Assembly: GCA_023205875.1 (NCBI GenBank)
Contig: CP060757.1
Location: 1,054,001 to 1,118,000 of the forward strand
DNA length: 64,000 bases
Source: Chloropicon primus
Taxonomy: Eukaryota
Direction: 5' to 3'
Shown here: piece after piece, positions 38,918-49,838 of the stretch
Position numbering within the stretch: the first letter of the stretch is position 1
Layout of the letters: every line of letters starts with the position of its first letter
Notes under the pieces: model-generated
What the model saw: only the letters and a program-made list of their open reading frames with translations
Told to the model about the DNA's origin: nothing
Database searches by the model: none
Translations under genes and position numbers: made by a program

Positions 38918-41272
38918 TCAAGAATCGAAAGAGAACCAATCCGCTCCACCTGCATTCTCTGGAGCACCCGCAGCGGCCGCGCTCTCGCCCTTGCCATCAG
39001 TTGGCGCCGCTGCGGCGACTGGGGCGGGGGCGGCCAGGTCTTCGCTCCTCGCTGAGTTTGGGCTGCTCGAGGCGAACATGTCTTGCATCCCGAAATCGCT
39101 CCTCTGAGACAGGCTGCCGCTGTCAATACTTCGATTCGTTGGCGCGGCAACCCCAAGATTCGACAGCGGATTTTCCTCCTTCCCGTTCACTTGCTGTCCC
39201 ACAGGCAAAGTTGGTTGCTTCGCCGCACTTTCGCCCAAGCTGACTTGAACAGGAATTTCGCTGTTGAAGCTCGCTGCATTGTCCGCGTTGTTCAAGCTCA
39301 ACTCGCCAAGATTCTCAACGACGGTGTAACCCTCGTTCAGCTCGTCCATGTTCCACTCTTCGGCGTTCGACGCGAGACCTTCCGACCACTCGAGCTTGAG
39401 CTGGCCAAAGGTAGGGATCTCGACCCCGCACTTCAGGGCAGCCTGAGAGAGGACGTGGAAGATTTGGCCAGAATTTCCTAAAACGGCTGACAGGGCCTGC
39501 TTCTCGATTTTGGACCTGGTCAACACCTCTTGCGCCTGGTTCCGAAGCTGCACGAGCTCCCCCTGCTGCCTCTCCGCCTCCATCCTCGCCCCCTCGACCT
39601 CCATCTTGTACGTCTCAATTTCCCTCTGCAGATTCTGCCTCTCTATCTGCGCCTCCGTGACGACGCTTTGTTCCTTTTGCTTCCTTTGCAAGTCCGCCTG
39701 CCTCATCTGCATCAGTTGATCCTTGAGAACGGCGATCTCTGACTGGACTTGCTGCAGCGGAGCCGCGAATTCGTTTTCATCAAGCGATTGGTTGGTGAGC
39801 CCCTCGATTTCCGCGACAAGCTTGGACTTCTCCTCGTTCAAGCTCATCAGGTTATCGTACTGGTCCTTGTACCTCTTCTGCGTGTCTCCGTACTGTGAAA
39901 ACAAGTTTTCGTACATCTTCTTGGATTTTTCGAGTTCTTGCTCCTCGAGCCTGCTCTGGGCGCTCAGCTGGATGAGCTCCGCGTCAGCTCTGCTCTTGAA
40001 GATGACAAGCTCCTGCATCGCATCCCTGAACATATCTTTGTTCTTCTGGTTTTGCATCATCTCAAACAAAGCCTTCTGCTTTTCCTCGTCAGCCTTTCTG
40101 GCCTTTGCGTGAGCCTCCTCCATCTTCAGCTGCTCGCTCTTCCCGATGTTGTCGAAGTTCCCTGGCATGGGCGGGGTTGCTGACTTGTACTGGAACTCGC
40201 CGGCAACGGGGGAGACCATCGCAGGACTTGGCAGGGCTCCGGGCATCTGAAACTGTGGTTGTTGTTGTTGCTGCTGCTGCTGAAACATCTGCTGCCCTCC
40301 CTGTTGCATATCACCAGCCCCTGCTGCTGTTGCACCCACTGCCGCTGCGTTTGCTGCCACCCCTGCGAACTGGTTCTTCGGCTGCCCTGGGGCGGGAGGA
40401 CTTGGAGCAGAAAAGCTCGCCGGCAGTTTTGCGGGAAGCTTCTCGCCTTTGCATGCCAAGATGATCAATTGCTGGGACATGAGGAACTGCTGCTCGTTCA
40501 GCTTTCCCTCGTTTCCCGCAACGAGGTCCCACACGTGCCTCAGGACGGACTTGTCCAGACCACTTTTCATGAAGACAGGAAAGCAGTCGGACCCCGCGAC
40601 GAAGCCATCCTTGTCCGTATCGAGCTGCGCGAAGACCTGCCTGAATTTCGCGACCTCCTGTGCATCCAGGGAGCTCTCACCCGGACTGTTCCCAGCTCCC
40701 GTTGGGGCTTGCTGCTGCTGCTGCGCCTGTCCTCCTGCCGCTTGAGGCGGGCCACCCAAACCTTGCAAGATGGGAACTCCAGCAAAGCTCGGATTCGACA
40801 GGGTCATTCTGGCTTGCTGGACGTTTATCGCGTAGCCGGGCGCCTGAAAGCCAGGCGTGGACTGCACGAAAGCTATCAGGCGCAGGGCGACCACGAACTC
40901 CTCGTACGAGAGGCAGCCCCTCCGGCTCGTGTCCGCAAACTCCCTGCGCGTGTCGCGAGAACGAGGCACAAACAAAAGCGAGGACAGGTCAGATGCCAGG
41001 CAATCCGAGCCGCGCGAGGGGACATCGCTGCCGTCCCCGGCAGGGACCCGCGCCAGCTTCCCCGGAAACGAGCCAACCCTCGCCCACCCCCCCGCCCTCT
41101 CTCGTTGGGTTGGAGAGACAACAACAACCAACGAGCCCTGAACTTACCATACTTGCGCAAGGAGGCGCTTGGGCAAACCCGATCGGCTGAAGAACTGCAC
41201 GGCATCCTGCCCCGTCACCATCCCGGTGCTTTGCCTATCCGCGAGGCGGAACCACTCCTGGAAACTCGACAT
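38918..41272 (-). CDS. EH-domain endocytic adaptor (Eps15/Pan1/AtEH-like); 2 exons (41272-41148, 40943-38918)
   Basis: Two EH domains (SGLPKRLLAQVW|EFAD; DTDKDGFVAG...SGLDKSVLRHVWDL) and a coiled coil; intron 41147-40944. Confidence 0.88.
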
Positions 41273-41452
41273 CCTTCACCCCCTCGCCCTCGCACCTTCC
41301 GACGCGACGCGACGCCTCACGAATTTAGGTTTTCTTTCGATAACGCTTGGGGCAGAGGGTGGGTGTCGGGGTGGGGGCGACCCAAGCAAGCGAGCAATGC
41401 AATGAGTGAATTGTTATTCTCAAGAAATAATTATTCGTTTATGGTACAATTG

Positions 41453-42751
41453 TCACAGCTCCTTCGCTTCGACGTTCGCTCCCTTGACGTAAACGGCGTA
41501 GAGGTTTGTTATCCTCTTGTATACTTTGGTCGCGAAGGCCTTCACTTTTGCTCTCGCGTTCCTCGCCCAAGCCATCTCCCCAGTAAAGGTCCAAGGAACC
41601 TCTTCGGACAGGCCGAGCTCGAGCATTCGCCTCGCCTCCTCCTCCTTGATCGAGACCTTGTTCTTCGTCTCGGGATTGAACTGCTTCATTCTCCCAGTGC
41701 CGTCCTCGAGGGACTGGTACAGTATGTACCTCAGCGCCGGGGATGCCTCGCTGGTCATGTCGACGCCAAACTCGTAGTAAAGCCAGCTGTGGTACTCCTC
41801 CCCGTTGATCACCGCGAAGCTGACCCTGTCCCTGTACTGCGGGATCAAGTCCGCGACGGCTTTGGAAAAGCTCTTCACCACCTTGTCTTGCCTGCTCTTG
41901 TCCGTGACCACCATCAGCACCGGCAGATTCCTCGCCCTGAGCGCGCCGAAGGCCGGGGGGGTGATCACGTGGAAGGGCGGGGTGAAGTGGGAGTCCACAA
42001 ATTCTCTGACCGAGGCGTCGGGGTCGTAGTCCTCGTCGTCCGCTCGGCTGTTCTCCGCCACCTCCAGAACCTCCGTCTCCCTGTAGTGCTCTCCATCGAA
42101 TTTGGCGACGATGGCCGGAAGCTCCTTCACGCCCAAGCGGTCCAGCAGCGCGCGGCTCGGGTGCGTCAGCCGGCCGAACCACGTCGTGTCCTTCCTGTCC
42201 CTCGCCACCCTCAGGAGGCTCTTGTACTCCTCCGACATGCCTCCGAGGTACACGAACGAAGTGTGGACGTTGATCTTCTTCTCCTCCGCCGGCGGGAATT
42301 TCGTCAAGGCGAACTCGTTCGGCAGCTCCAGGACGGTGTCCTGCCCCAGCTTCTTCAGGAAACCCAAAATTGCGCCCTCCTCCCTCGGCCCCTGGTACTT
42401 GAAGTGGGATCCCTCGGCGAACGCGATGACCCGGGGAAAGCTCTTCACGTCGTACTTGTCCCGGGATATCTTCTTGTTGTAAAAGTTGTCCGCATCGAAC
42501 TTGACGACCTTGAAGGTGTCCGTCCTGGCGGCAACCTTCTCCAGCTTGGGCTCGAGCTTCTTGCAGTGCCCGCACCAGGGCGCATAGAACGACACCAGCA
42601 CGTAGGGGTTCTGGTGCAGGTACTCCGTGAAGTTCTCGTGGTTCAGTTCCATGAGGGGCGCGCCCTCGACCAGCCCAGAGCCCGACGCCAGAGCAGCGAG
42701 CGAGACCGCCGCAACCAGCGCCGCCAAACGCGCGAGACGCCCAACACTCAT
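41453..42751 (-). CDS. Protein disulfide isomerase-like protein (a-b-b' type)
   Basis: Signal peptide, FYAPWCGHCKKL, C-terminal AKEL. Confidence 0.88.
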   Translation of the reverse strand: MSVGRLARLAALVAAVSLAALASGSGLVEGAPLMELNHENFTEYLHQNPYVLVSFYAPWCGHCKKLEPKLEKVAARTDTFKVVKFDADNFYNKKISRDKYDVKSFPRVIAFAEGSHFKYQGPREEGAILGFLKKLGQDTVLELPNEFALTKFPPAEEKKINVHTSFVYLGGMSEEYKSLLRVARDRKDTTWFGRLTHPSRALLDRLGVKELPAIVAKFDGEHYRETEVLEVAENSRADDEDYDPDASVREFVDSHFTPPFHVITPPAFGALRARNLPVLMVVTDKSRQDKVVKSFSKAVADLIPQYRDRVSFAVINGEEYHSWLYYEFGVDMTSEASPALRYILYQSLEDGTGRMKQFNPETKNKVSIKEEEARRMLELGLSEEVPWTFTGEMAWARNARAKVKAFATKVYKRITNLYAVYVKGANVEAKEL

Positions 42752-43222
42752 AACGCTCCCTGTCTCACACACGCCGTCCAACCCAAAGCCCTGCAACTTC
42801 CCCTCCCCTCTCGACCCCCAGATCACTTTCGTTCCTTTCCTCGCCTACGTCGCCACGTCGTGTTTCCTCCGAGCGAACGGTGCGACCGAGCGCGGACTCC
42901 GTGGTGCGAAAGACAACCGAGACGATCCTCCCCGTCGCCCTCTCTCCCAACCTTAACCTCGGACGTCCCTCCAAAGTCCTCTCCCCCTCCGAATGGCGAT
43001 CTGTCGTCCGAGTCCCTCCCCCCCAAAAACTTTCTTTTGGGGGGCGGGAATTTATCGTATTTTTCTAAGTTCTTCTTTTTTTTTGTGGTGTGTGAGGGGA
43101 CGGAGACCAAGGGAGCGACTTGCGCCTGCGCTGGAGTGGCGCGAGAAGGGAAACGAGGAGAAGGAACGCAGCGAGGACAATCCGTCGGTGTGTGGGGGGA
43201 GGAGCACGACATCGCAGCCGGG

Positions 43223-45668
43223 ATGAGGAGATCTGGTGCTTATGCGTTGGGCCTCCTCGCGGTCTTGGCGTGCCTCTTGGCTTTGGCCGAGGCCCAAGGT
43301 GACTTTCCGACGATGTACACAGACTGGGAGGCCAAGATCGAGGCGGCGAGGATGGGCAGGAACATGAGCTTCTCTCGTTGGGAGATCTACAGTCCGACGC
43401 ACGACAGGGTAAGATGCGGCTGGCGACGTCCCGCCGTGGCGGTCGCAACGAAGGGGACTCGGCGCCCCGAGGTTTTCTTCTCCCCCACCCCCGCCCTCTC
43501 CGCGAGCTCTTTCCGACGACTGACGCTCGAGTTGGTTTCCTTCCCCTCGCCAGCTTCGAATCCACTACGGACCCACTTGGGACAGGCAGGTCAGCATCGA
43601 GTACCTCGACCAGGACTTCAAGTACAGGGTCGCGAAGAACTCCACGTATCCTACTGGTTACTGCTGGACCGAGCCTCTGAATAAGTGGGAGAAGACCTTT
43701 TACGTTCGCTCGGACCACGCGGCGAGCACGACCGAGCTGCTCAGGTACACCCCAGAGACGGAGACGAAGCTCGATTTGGCGGACAAGAACGTGCGTGGGA
43801 TTCGCTGCGACGCCTGGCAGCACAAGGTGAACGCCCTCAACTCGACGACGAACGAGAACAGAACGATCACGATCACTCACCACTTTGCCGCGAGCGACTG
43901 GAACGTCATCGAGGAGTTCAACATGGGAGGAAAGTCGGAGACGTCGCCCAGGCCACTGCTGAGACTTGTGGTGACCCGGGACGACGAGCCGGAGGAGGTC
44001 GACTCTTGGGATTTCGTGGGAATGAAGCCTTACACCTACCATCACGGCGACTTCAACCCGTGCAACATGTTTGGTGACGTCAAGGGTTGCGGGTGCGACA
44101 TGCCCTTCAGGAACTTGACAGACCCGAGGGAGGATGCGAAGGCGCCGGCCCTCCCGTCCATGTACCAGGACTGGACCGCAGAGATCGAGGAGACGAACGC
44201 GCAGAGGGGGACCAGCTACTCCAGGTACGAGATTTTCAGCCAGAGTCAGAAGAAGATGAAGATGATGTGGGGCGGAGGCAGCGACACCCACGTTGTCATC
44301 GAAGACTTCGACGCCAAGATCAAGTATAGGGTCACCAAGAACGAGACGTACCCGAAAGGGATGTGCTGGAAGGTGACTGATCAGGACAGGGCAGATACGT
44401 ACTACTACATGCAGGGCGGCGAACTGAGGTCCACGGAGTGGCTCATGGGATACAATGTCTCGGAGGAGACTTACGTTACCGGGGAGCACCGTGTCCGCGG
44501 CATGCCCGTCGATGTTTGGCACCGCAAGACCTCGTTCGGAGTCAGGGGGTACCACGTCTACCACGCCTTCGCGAAGAGCAGCTGGGACGTCAGCAGCTTC
44601 TACAACAGGAGCAGCGTCGGCGGTGTCAAGCTCCAGCACGAGAGGCCGCTGGCAAGGATCGCGCTGGTGCGGCAGAACGACTCGAGCCACGAGCTGAGCT
44701 ACGATTACATCGGGATGCAGCCCTACAAGTACGACGCGGCGGATTTTGAGCCGTGCCAAGTCTTCCCAGGCGTCCTTGGGTGCGATTGCGACGAGGCCAA
44801 CTCGTCTCACTCCGAGCACACGGGCGAGACACCGACGTTTCCAGGAGTTTTCAAGCAGTGGTCTGCCGTGGTGAACACGATTCACGCGGGCGCTGGTTTC
44901 AGCACGAGCCACAAGGAGATCTACACGCAGGCCCGCCCGGATCACCCCGGCCAAATCCGCATCGATTCAGGGTACTACGGCGAAAGGGCGACCTTGATCA
45001 AAGACTTGTCGACTGGAAACAACTACCACGTGATCAGAAACCGGACCTTCCCGGACGGATTCTGCACGGTAGAAAAGCAAAGCGTCTTCAAGACGGATAC
45101 GTACGGAGTGAGCTCGAAAGAATTGATGGAATTTCCTCAAATGGTCAACAAGGGATACAAGGTTTTCGTCCCTGGCGATTTCGAGGTGCGGGGCATTCCT
45201 GTTCACCTTTTCGAATCTGAGATTGGCCTAAGGGGCAAGGAGTACCATGTCCACCACTACTTCACCGCCGAGGGCTGGACAAACAAGTACGTGAGGGAGG
45301 ACCTCGACAAGTACGTCGATGTCAACTTGGCCTCGTTCACGCACGTCACGGACCTCCTGGTGAGAATCACTTTGAGGGAAAAGGAGACGGGTCATACTAC
45401 GCACTACGACTTCATCGATTACCAGCCGTACAAGTTCGTGGAGGACGACTTCGATCCGTGCACGATCACAGGGAACGTGGAGGGCTGTGGCTGCGATGGC
45501 TTGATGCAGGACCTGTGCAAGCTGTCCGAGGCGGAAGCAGGGGGTCTGGCTGCCGGCCTCTTCTTCTTGGGCTGGATCTTGGCCACCCTCGTGGCCTGGG
45601 TCTACTGCAAGTTCAGGAACAGCAGGAGAACGGGAAGCTACTCAAAGTACAATGACGATGGAATCTAA
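43223..45668 (+). CDS. Type I membrane glycoprotein with three tandem LolA/ependymin-like repeats; 2 exons (43223-43408, 43554-45668)
   Basis: Signal peptide; phase-0 intron 43409-43553; three ~230-aa repeats, each with VRG and DF.PC...GC.CD; C-terminal TM. Confidence 0.8.
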
Positions 45669-45744
45669 CTTCCCGGCTGAATAGTAGTTTTTTTACACTT
45701 GTGTCGTAACATTATTCGTACAAACGTTTGATTGCGTCGGTCGC

Positions 45745-46752
45745 CTACGCCAGAGCTTCCAGTATGTGGTCCTTGACAGCAAACCGAACCACTTCTCCAG
45801 GTCTCTTCGGAGTGTCCCACACCGCACAAAACGCGTTTTCCTTCGCGTCTGGCCTCTGCAAAACCACCCGGTAGTGAACAATGTCCTGCCACGCCTTGGG
45901 TAGGGTTGCTCCCAAGTTCAGTTTCTCCGGCAGGCCGCCCTTCTGGGGGGGGAGATGAAGGTTTCTCGTCACGATCACGGCCGAGCCCAGGCTTTCCGCG
46001 ACCTTCTTCAGGTTGAGGGCGATCGCCTCATAGACGCTCTGCAAGTTGTACGAGACGGTCCTCAGCACCTTGTCCTCCTTGCGGGAGGAGGAGAGCCCGC
46101 CAAAGGAGGTCTGGGTCGCGCTCTGCGAGGCGTCGAAGCTCTTGTCGATCCAGTAGAAGGCGCTGATATCGTCGATCAGCAAGAGCCTGCACGGGGTGTT
46201 CCCGTCGCCCCCCTCGCTGCCCTGGCCCCTCTCCCCCTCCTCCCTCGCGCTCAAAACTTTGAGCGCGCAGACCAAGTCCAGGTTGTTGTAGCACCGAACG
46301 AGCTCGAACCGCCTCAGGCTCTCCTCCAGCAGCCGGCTCCCCGCGCTCTTCTGAGTCTGCCTGATCCTCGTGTCCAGAATTTGCACCAGCCTCAGAGGGT
46401 CGACCCCGCCCTTCATCTCGAGGAAGACGACGTTGCTCGAGCAGCCCCCGCAGGCTTTCGGGAGAACGCACGTAGCAGCCGCCTGGAGGAGGCACTCCGT
46501 CTTGCACGTGTCATTGGTTCCGCAGATCTCCAGCACCTGGCCCGCTCTCACCCGCAGGCGGCCAAGCCTCCTCCCCCCCGCTGCCCTCTCCCTGGCTCCC
46601 GCGTCGAGGAAGGGGAGCGAAGTTCGCACCTCCACCTGGGTTCCAGCCAGCCGGGCAAGGAGATCCTCGCACGTCTCGTCCGCGGCCACGAACTCCGCGA
46701 GCTTCTTCCTCACCTCCTCCTCCTCCGCACTCTCCATCACCGTCATCATCAT
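45745..46752 (-). CDS. XRCC2: RAD51 paralogue XRCC2-like
   Basis: GQVLEICGTNDTCKT (degenerate Walker A), CVLPK.CGG, LLLIDDISAFYWID. Confidence 0.85.
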   Translation of the reverse strand: MMMTVMESAEEEEVRKKLAEFVAADETCEDLLARLAGTQVEVRTSLPFLDAGARERAAGGRRLGRLRVRAGQVLEICGTNDTCKTECLLQAAATCVLPKACGGCSSNVVFLEMKGGVDPLRLVQILDTRIRQTQKSAGSRLLEESLRRFELVRCYNNLDLVCALKVLSAREEGERGQGSEGGDGNTPCRLLLIDDISAFYWIDKSFDASQSATQTSFGGLSSSRKEDKVLRTVSYNLQSVYEAIALNLKKVAESLGSAVIVTRNLHLPPQKGGLPEKLNLGATLPKAWQDIVHYRVVLQRPDAKENAFCAVWDTPKRPGEVVRFAVKDHILEALA

Positions 46753-47099
46753 ATCATCGTCGTCCCCACCCCTCCATCTCTCTGTCCCTCCCACCCCGAG
46801 CTCGGGAGATCGAGGACACGACACGCACCGATCGAACGATCGCGACGATCCAGCCCCTCGTCTGCCTGGCCAGACTGGCCACCTCTCTAAACCTCTCCCT
46901 CGTTCCTCGTTCCTCCGTTCTCTTGATCGCGCTCCTCTCCTTGATCTCTCTCCTCTTCCTCTTCCTCCTCACGATTCGGGAGCGGAGTGTAATATTGGTT
47001 TACACTGCTGTGGTGTGTTGTGGTGGTGACCAAGAATATTTTTGAATAATAGAGAGGGGAGGCGCGCGGAAAGGGAGGCGCGACAGAAGGGGCCAGAGG

Positions 47100-49406
47100 A
47101 TGGAACGCGACAGCGAGGACGGAGACAAACCACTGAGCAGCTTCGGGGGAAGAAGCAGCAGGGACTGGGGAGGAGAGTCTTCCGTGACGTTTGAGGTCAA
47201 GGAGGATGGGTACGACGACGAGCAGTACGAGCAGGATGTGCGAGTCGACGACAGCGTGGACTTCAAGGCGACGCCGGTGCTGAGGGAATCGATAGCGAGT
47301 CCGGTGCTGGAGATGGACGACAAGGAGAACAGGAGGTCCGCGTTCGGGGCGAGGTCGCGGCTTCCTCGGGCGAGGGACTTGGATGCGGTGAGCGTCGAGG
47401 TCACTCCCAACGGGGGTGCCACGCCCGGTGGGGCGAGCGAGCAGAGCCCGAGCTTCGACCTCGCTCTGCCAATACCCCCCATCGCGTCCCTGACGCCGGA
47501 GAACATAGTCGACACGCCTGAGCTCGACAACAAGAGCGAGGAGTTCGAGGACGACCACCACCAGGAGGAGTCAGGAGGAGGGTTCGGGGACAAGGAGGGC
47601 GCCGCTCAGAAGGAAAAGGTGCGTGACGCGCCCAAGGAGAGCGCAGCACTGGAAGGACGGGAGACGGCGAGGGCCAGCGTGAGGCGCTCGACCGTGCTGA
47701 GTCAGTCCACGGACGGAAACATCTTCTCGGCGACCAAGGAGAGGACCGCCGCGAGGGACTCCCAGGCGATGAAGTCGAGCACGAATAGCGCGCCGGCGGA
47801 CATGCAGCAGCTGGCCTTGCCGCCGATCCCCAAGGGCATCATGGACAGGATAGCAACGCTCGGCCCGGAGCTGCCAAACATCCAAAAGTGGATCCTCTAC
47901 ACTGGCATTGTCCTTGATGTCATTGGCAAGCTCACGCTTGTGTACGAGTTGAACAGGTTCGCCACAAAGAAAGACTGGGCGTGGTTTAGCTGCGTGATGA
48001 TGTTCTTCCTCCTTTCGGGTTTCATGGCCTCCACGTACTGGTTGGCTCACTACACGTACCCTCAGCCCAGCTCCAGCAAGCCGGAGGTGAGGATCTTCGG
48101 GTTCAGCAAGACGGATGTGAAGAGGATCATCCGAAGGTTTGGCGCGGTGTGCGCAGCGTTCCAGCTCGGGACGGCGTTTGCGGCCACAAGAGCCCTGTAC
48201 TCCAAGGACGTCAACCAGAGGAAGATCATGATGGACTTGAGAGGCATGAGGCTCGTGGACACGGTCTTCCTCACCCTCTCGATGTGCGGGCTCCAGGCTT
48301 ACATTGGCATCTCTTGCACCAACCCGGATAGCCACTGCCCTGGGCGGATCGGATTCGACCCTGTCCTGTCCCTGAGCATTGCTTGCTCCTTGGTGAGCGG
48401 AACCTTGTGCTTCACTTCGCTCGATCTCATGGACGAGTGGAAGTCGAACAGGGACCACCTCGTCGAGATGACGCTCTTCTCTCTGTACAGGCTGTGCGAG
48501 GTGTCGGCGAGAATTTTGACCCTCGCCCTCTTTGCGGCCATCTGTGGGTTGTGGGTGTTCATGTTCATCGTGCTGCACGCTGTCGCAGTCGTGCTGATGC
48601 TCAAGTTCACCCCAGCGTCGAAGAAAGTTTGGGCCAAGATATGGACCAGCATGCAGAGCCTCGACTTGTTCAAGTGCTTTGGGTTCCAAGTCAGCGTGCC
48701 TGTCATCAACGACGTGAGCTTGCTCGGGCTTTGCCTCGCCTGGCCGCCTTCCTGCTTCGTGAGCAATGCGACCGACAAGGCGGGAAGGTTCTGGTGGAGG
48801 TCGCACATGGAGCCAAGAAGGGCTTTCAGCTGCCTCGATGCTCCAAACGTGTTCATCCCCCTACCAACCTTCAACACGATGATGGTCGTGGAGAACGTGC
48901 TGATGCTCACCTTCTCCTACGTGTGGCTGAGCGGTTGGTCCAAGGCATTCTTCGAGGCTGCAGTCTCGATGACCTTTCTGTGGCAGTTCTTCGCCCTCAC
49001 CTGGGTTTCGTTCAGCCACAACCACAACCTGGAGAACGTCAAGGGGGACTCGCACGTCGTGAACAACGGCGGAATTCTCAGGCAATCCTCTGACCAACTC
49101 AATCCTCAGACTCCTTTGTCTGTGATGAAGTCGCCGTACAACCTTTACACGCCAAACAAGGGCGGGGGAAATCTCACCCACCGCACCCCAATGAAGGACG
49201 TGGGAAATTCGATGACCCTCGAGCAAACACCGGATGCGAAGGCAAAGTCGAGGCTTTCCCTCTCCCGCGACGACTGCGAGGCGGTAGTTCCGGCCTCGGA
49301 AAGGAGGCTCAGCGTGACAAGCTACTCGCTGAACGAGGAAGCTCTGAGGGAATCATCCTACTTCACGCCACACCCAGCAAAGAAGTTGTCCATGATGTCT
49401 CCTTGA
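47100..49406 (+). CDS. XK-related (XKR) membrane protein
   Basis: TM block with LQAYI, SIACSLVS, YRLCEVSARILTLALF and MVVENVLML; long disordered termini. Confidence 0.7.
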   Translation: MERDSEDGDKPLSSFGGRSSRDWGGESSVTFEVKEDGYDDEQYEQDVRVDDSVDFKATPVLRESIASPVLEMDDKENRRSAFGARSRLPRARDLDAVSVEVTPNGGATPGGASEQSPSFDLALPIPPIASLTPENIVDTPELDNKSEEFEDDHHQEESGGGFGDKEGAAQKEKVRDAPKESAALEGRETARASVRRSTVLSQSTDGNIFSATKERTAARDSQAMKSSTNSAPADMQQLALPPIPKGIMDRIATLGPELPNIQKWILYTGIVLDVIGKLTLVYELNRFATKKDWAWFSCVMMFFLLSGFMASTYWLAHYTYPQPSSSKPEVRIFGFSKTDVKRIIRRFGAVCAAFQLGTAFAATRALYSKDVNQRKIMMDLRGMRLVDTVFLTLSMCGLQAYIGISCTNPDSHCPGRIGFDPVLSLSIACSLVSGTLCFTSLDLMDEWKSNRDHLVEMTLFSLYRLCEVSARILTLALFAAICGLWVFMFIVLHAVAVVLMLKFTPASKKVWAKIWTSMQSLDLFKCFGFQVSVPVINDVSLLGLCLAWPPSCFVSNATDKAGRFWWRSHMEPRRAFSCLDAPNVFIPLPTFNTMMVVENVLMLTFSYVWLSGWSKAFFEAAVSMTFLWQFFALTWVSFSHNHNLENVKGDSHVVNNGGILRQSSDQLNPQTPLSVMKSPYNLYTPNKGGGNLTHRTPMKDVGNSMTLEQTPDAKAKSRLSLSRDDCEAVVPASERRLSVTSYSLNEEALRESSYFTPHPAKKLSMMSP

Positions 49407-49838
49407 CGATGCACGTGGTTCGCCGTTCCTTATGGTCATAAGTTATGTATCTATGCAAATCGTTGCTTTTTCGGGGTTGTAATCTAATAGACGGATCACA
49501 TCATTGTCGCGACCCAAACCTCCCTGTCGCGATCCCTATCCCTATCCCTATCCCTGCGAGCTCGCCTCGGCCCCACCCCCAAGGATGACGATGATTGAGA
49601 CCAAGATCGCGCCTTGGGATTGAAGCGCCGATTGAAGCGCAGGAAGGCGAAGGGAGGAGGGAAGAGGGGGCACGGGGAGAGAGATGGGAGAGAGGAGGCA
49701 GCGTGCTCACCACCGAGAGGCCGGCAGTGTCAAAGGACCAGCGAGTGATGTGAAAAGTGAGGGGGCGGAGCGAGACTTTTTCGTTTTCACTCCCTCGGGA
49801 TCAATCAAAGGTAGGTAGGACCTTGGGTTGTTCACGCG

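Noticed and set aside
40259..43684. 1141-aa plus-strand ORF
   Set aside because: Antisense shadow of the EH-domain and PDI genes that runs into exon 1 and the intron of the next gene; explained by high GC3 suppressing antisense stops.
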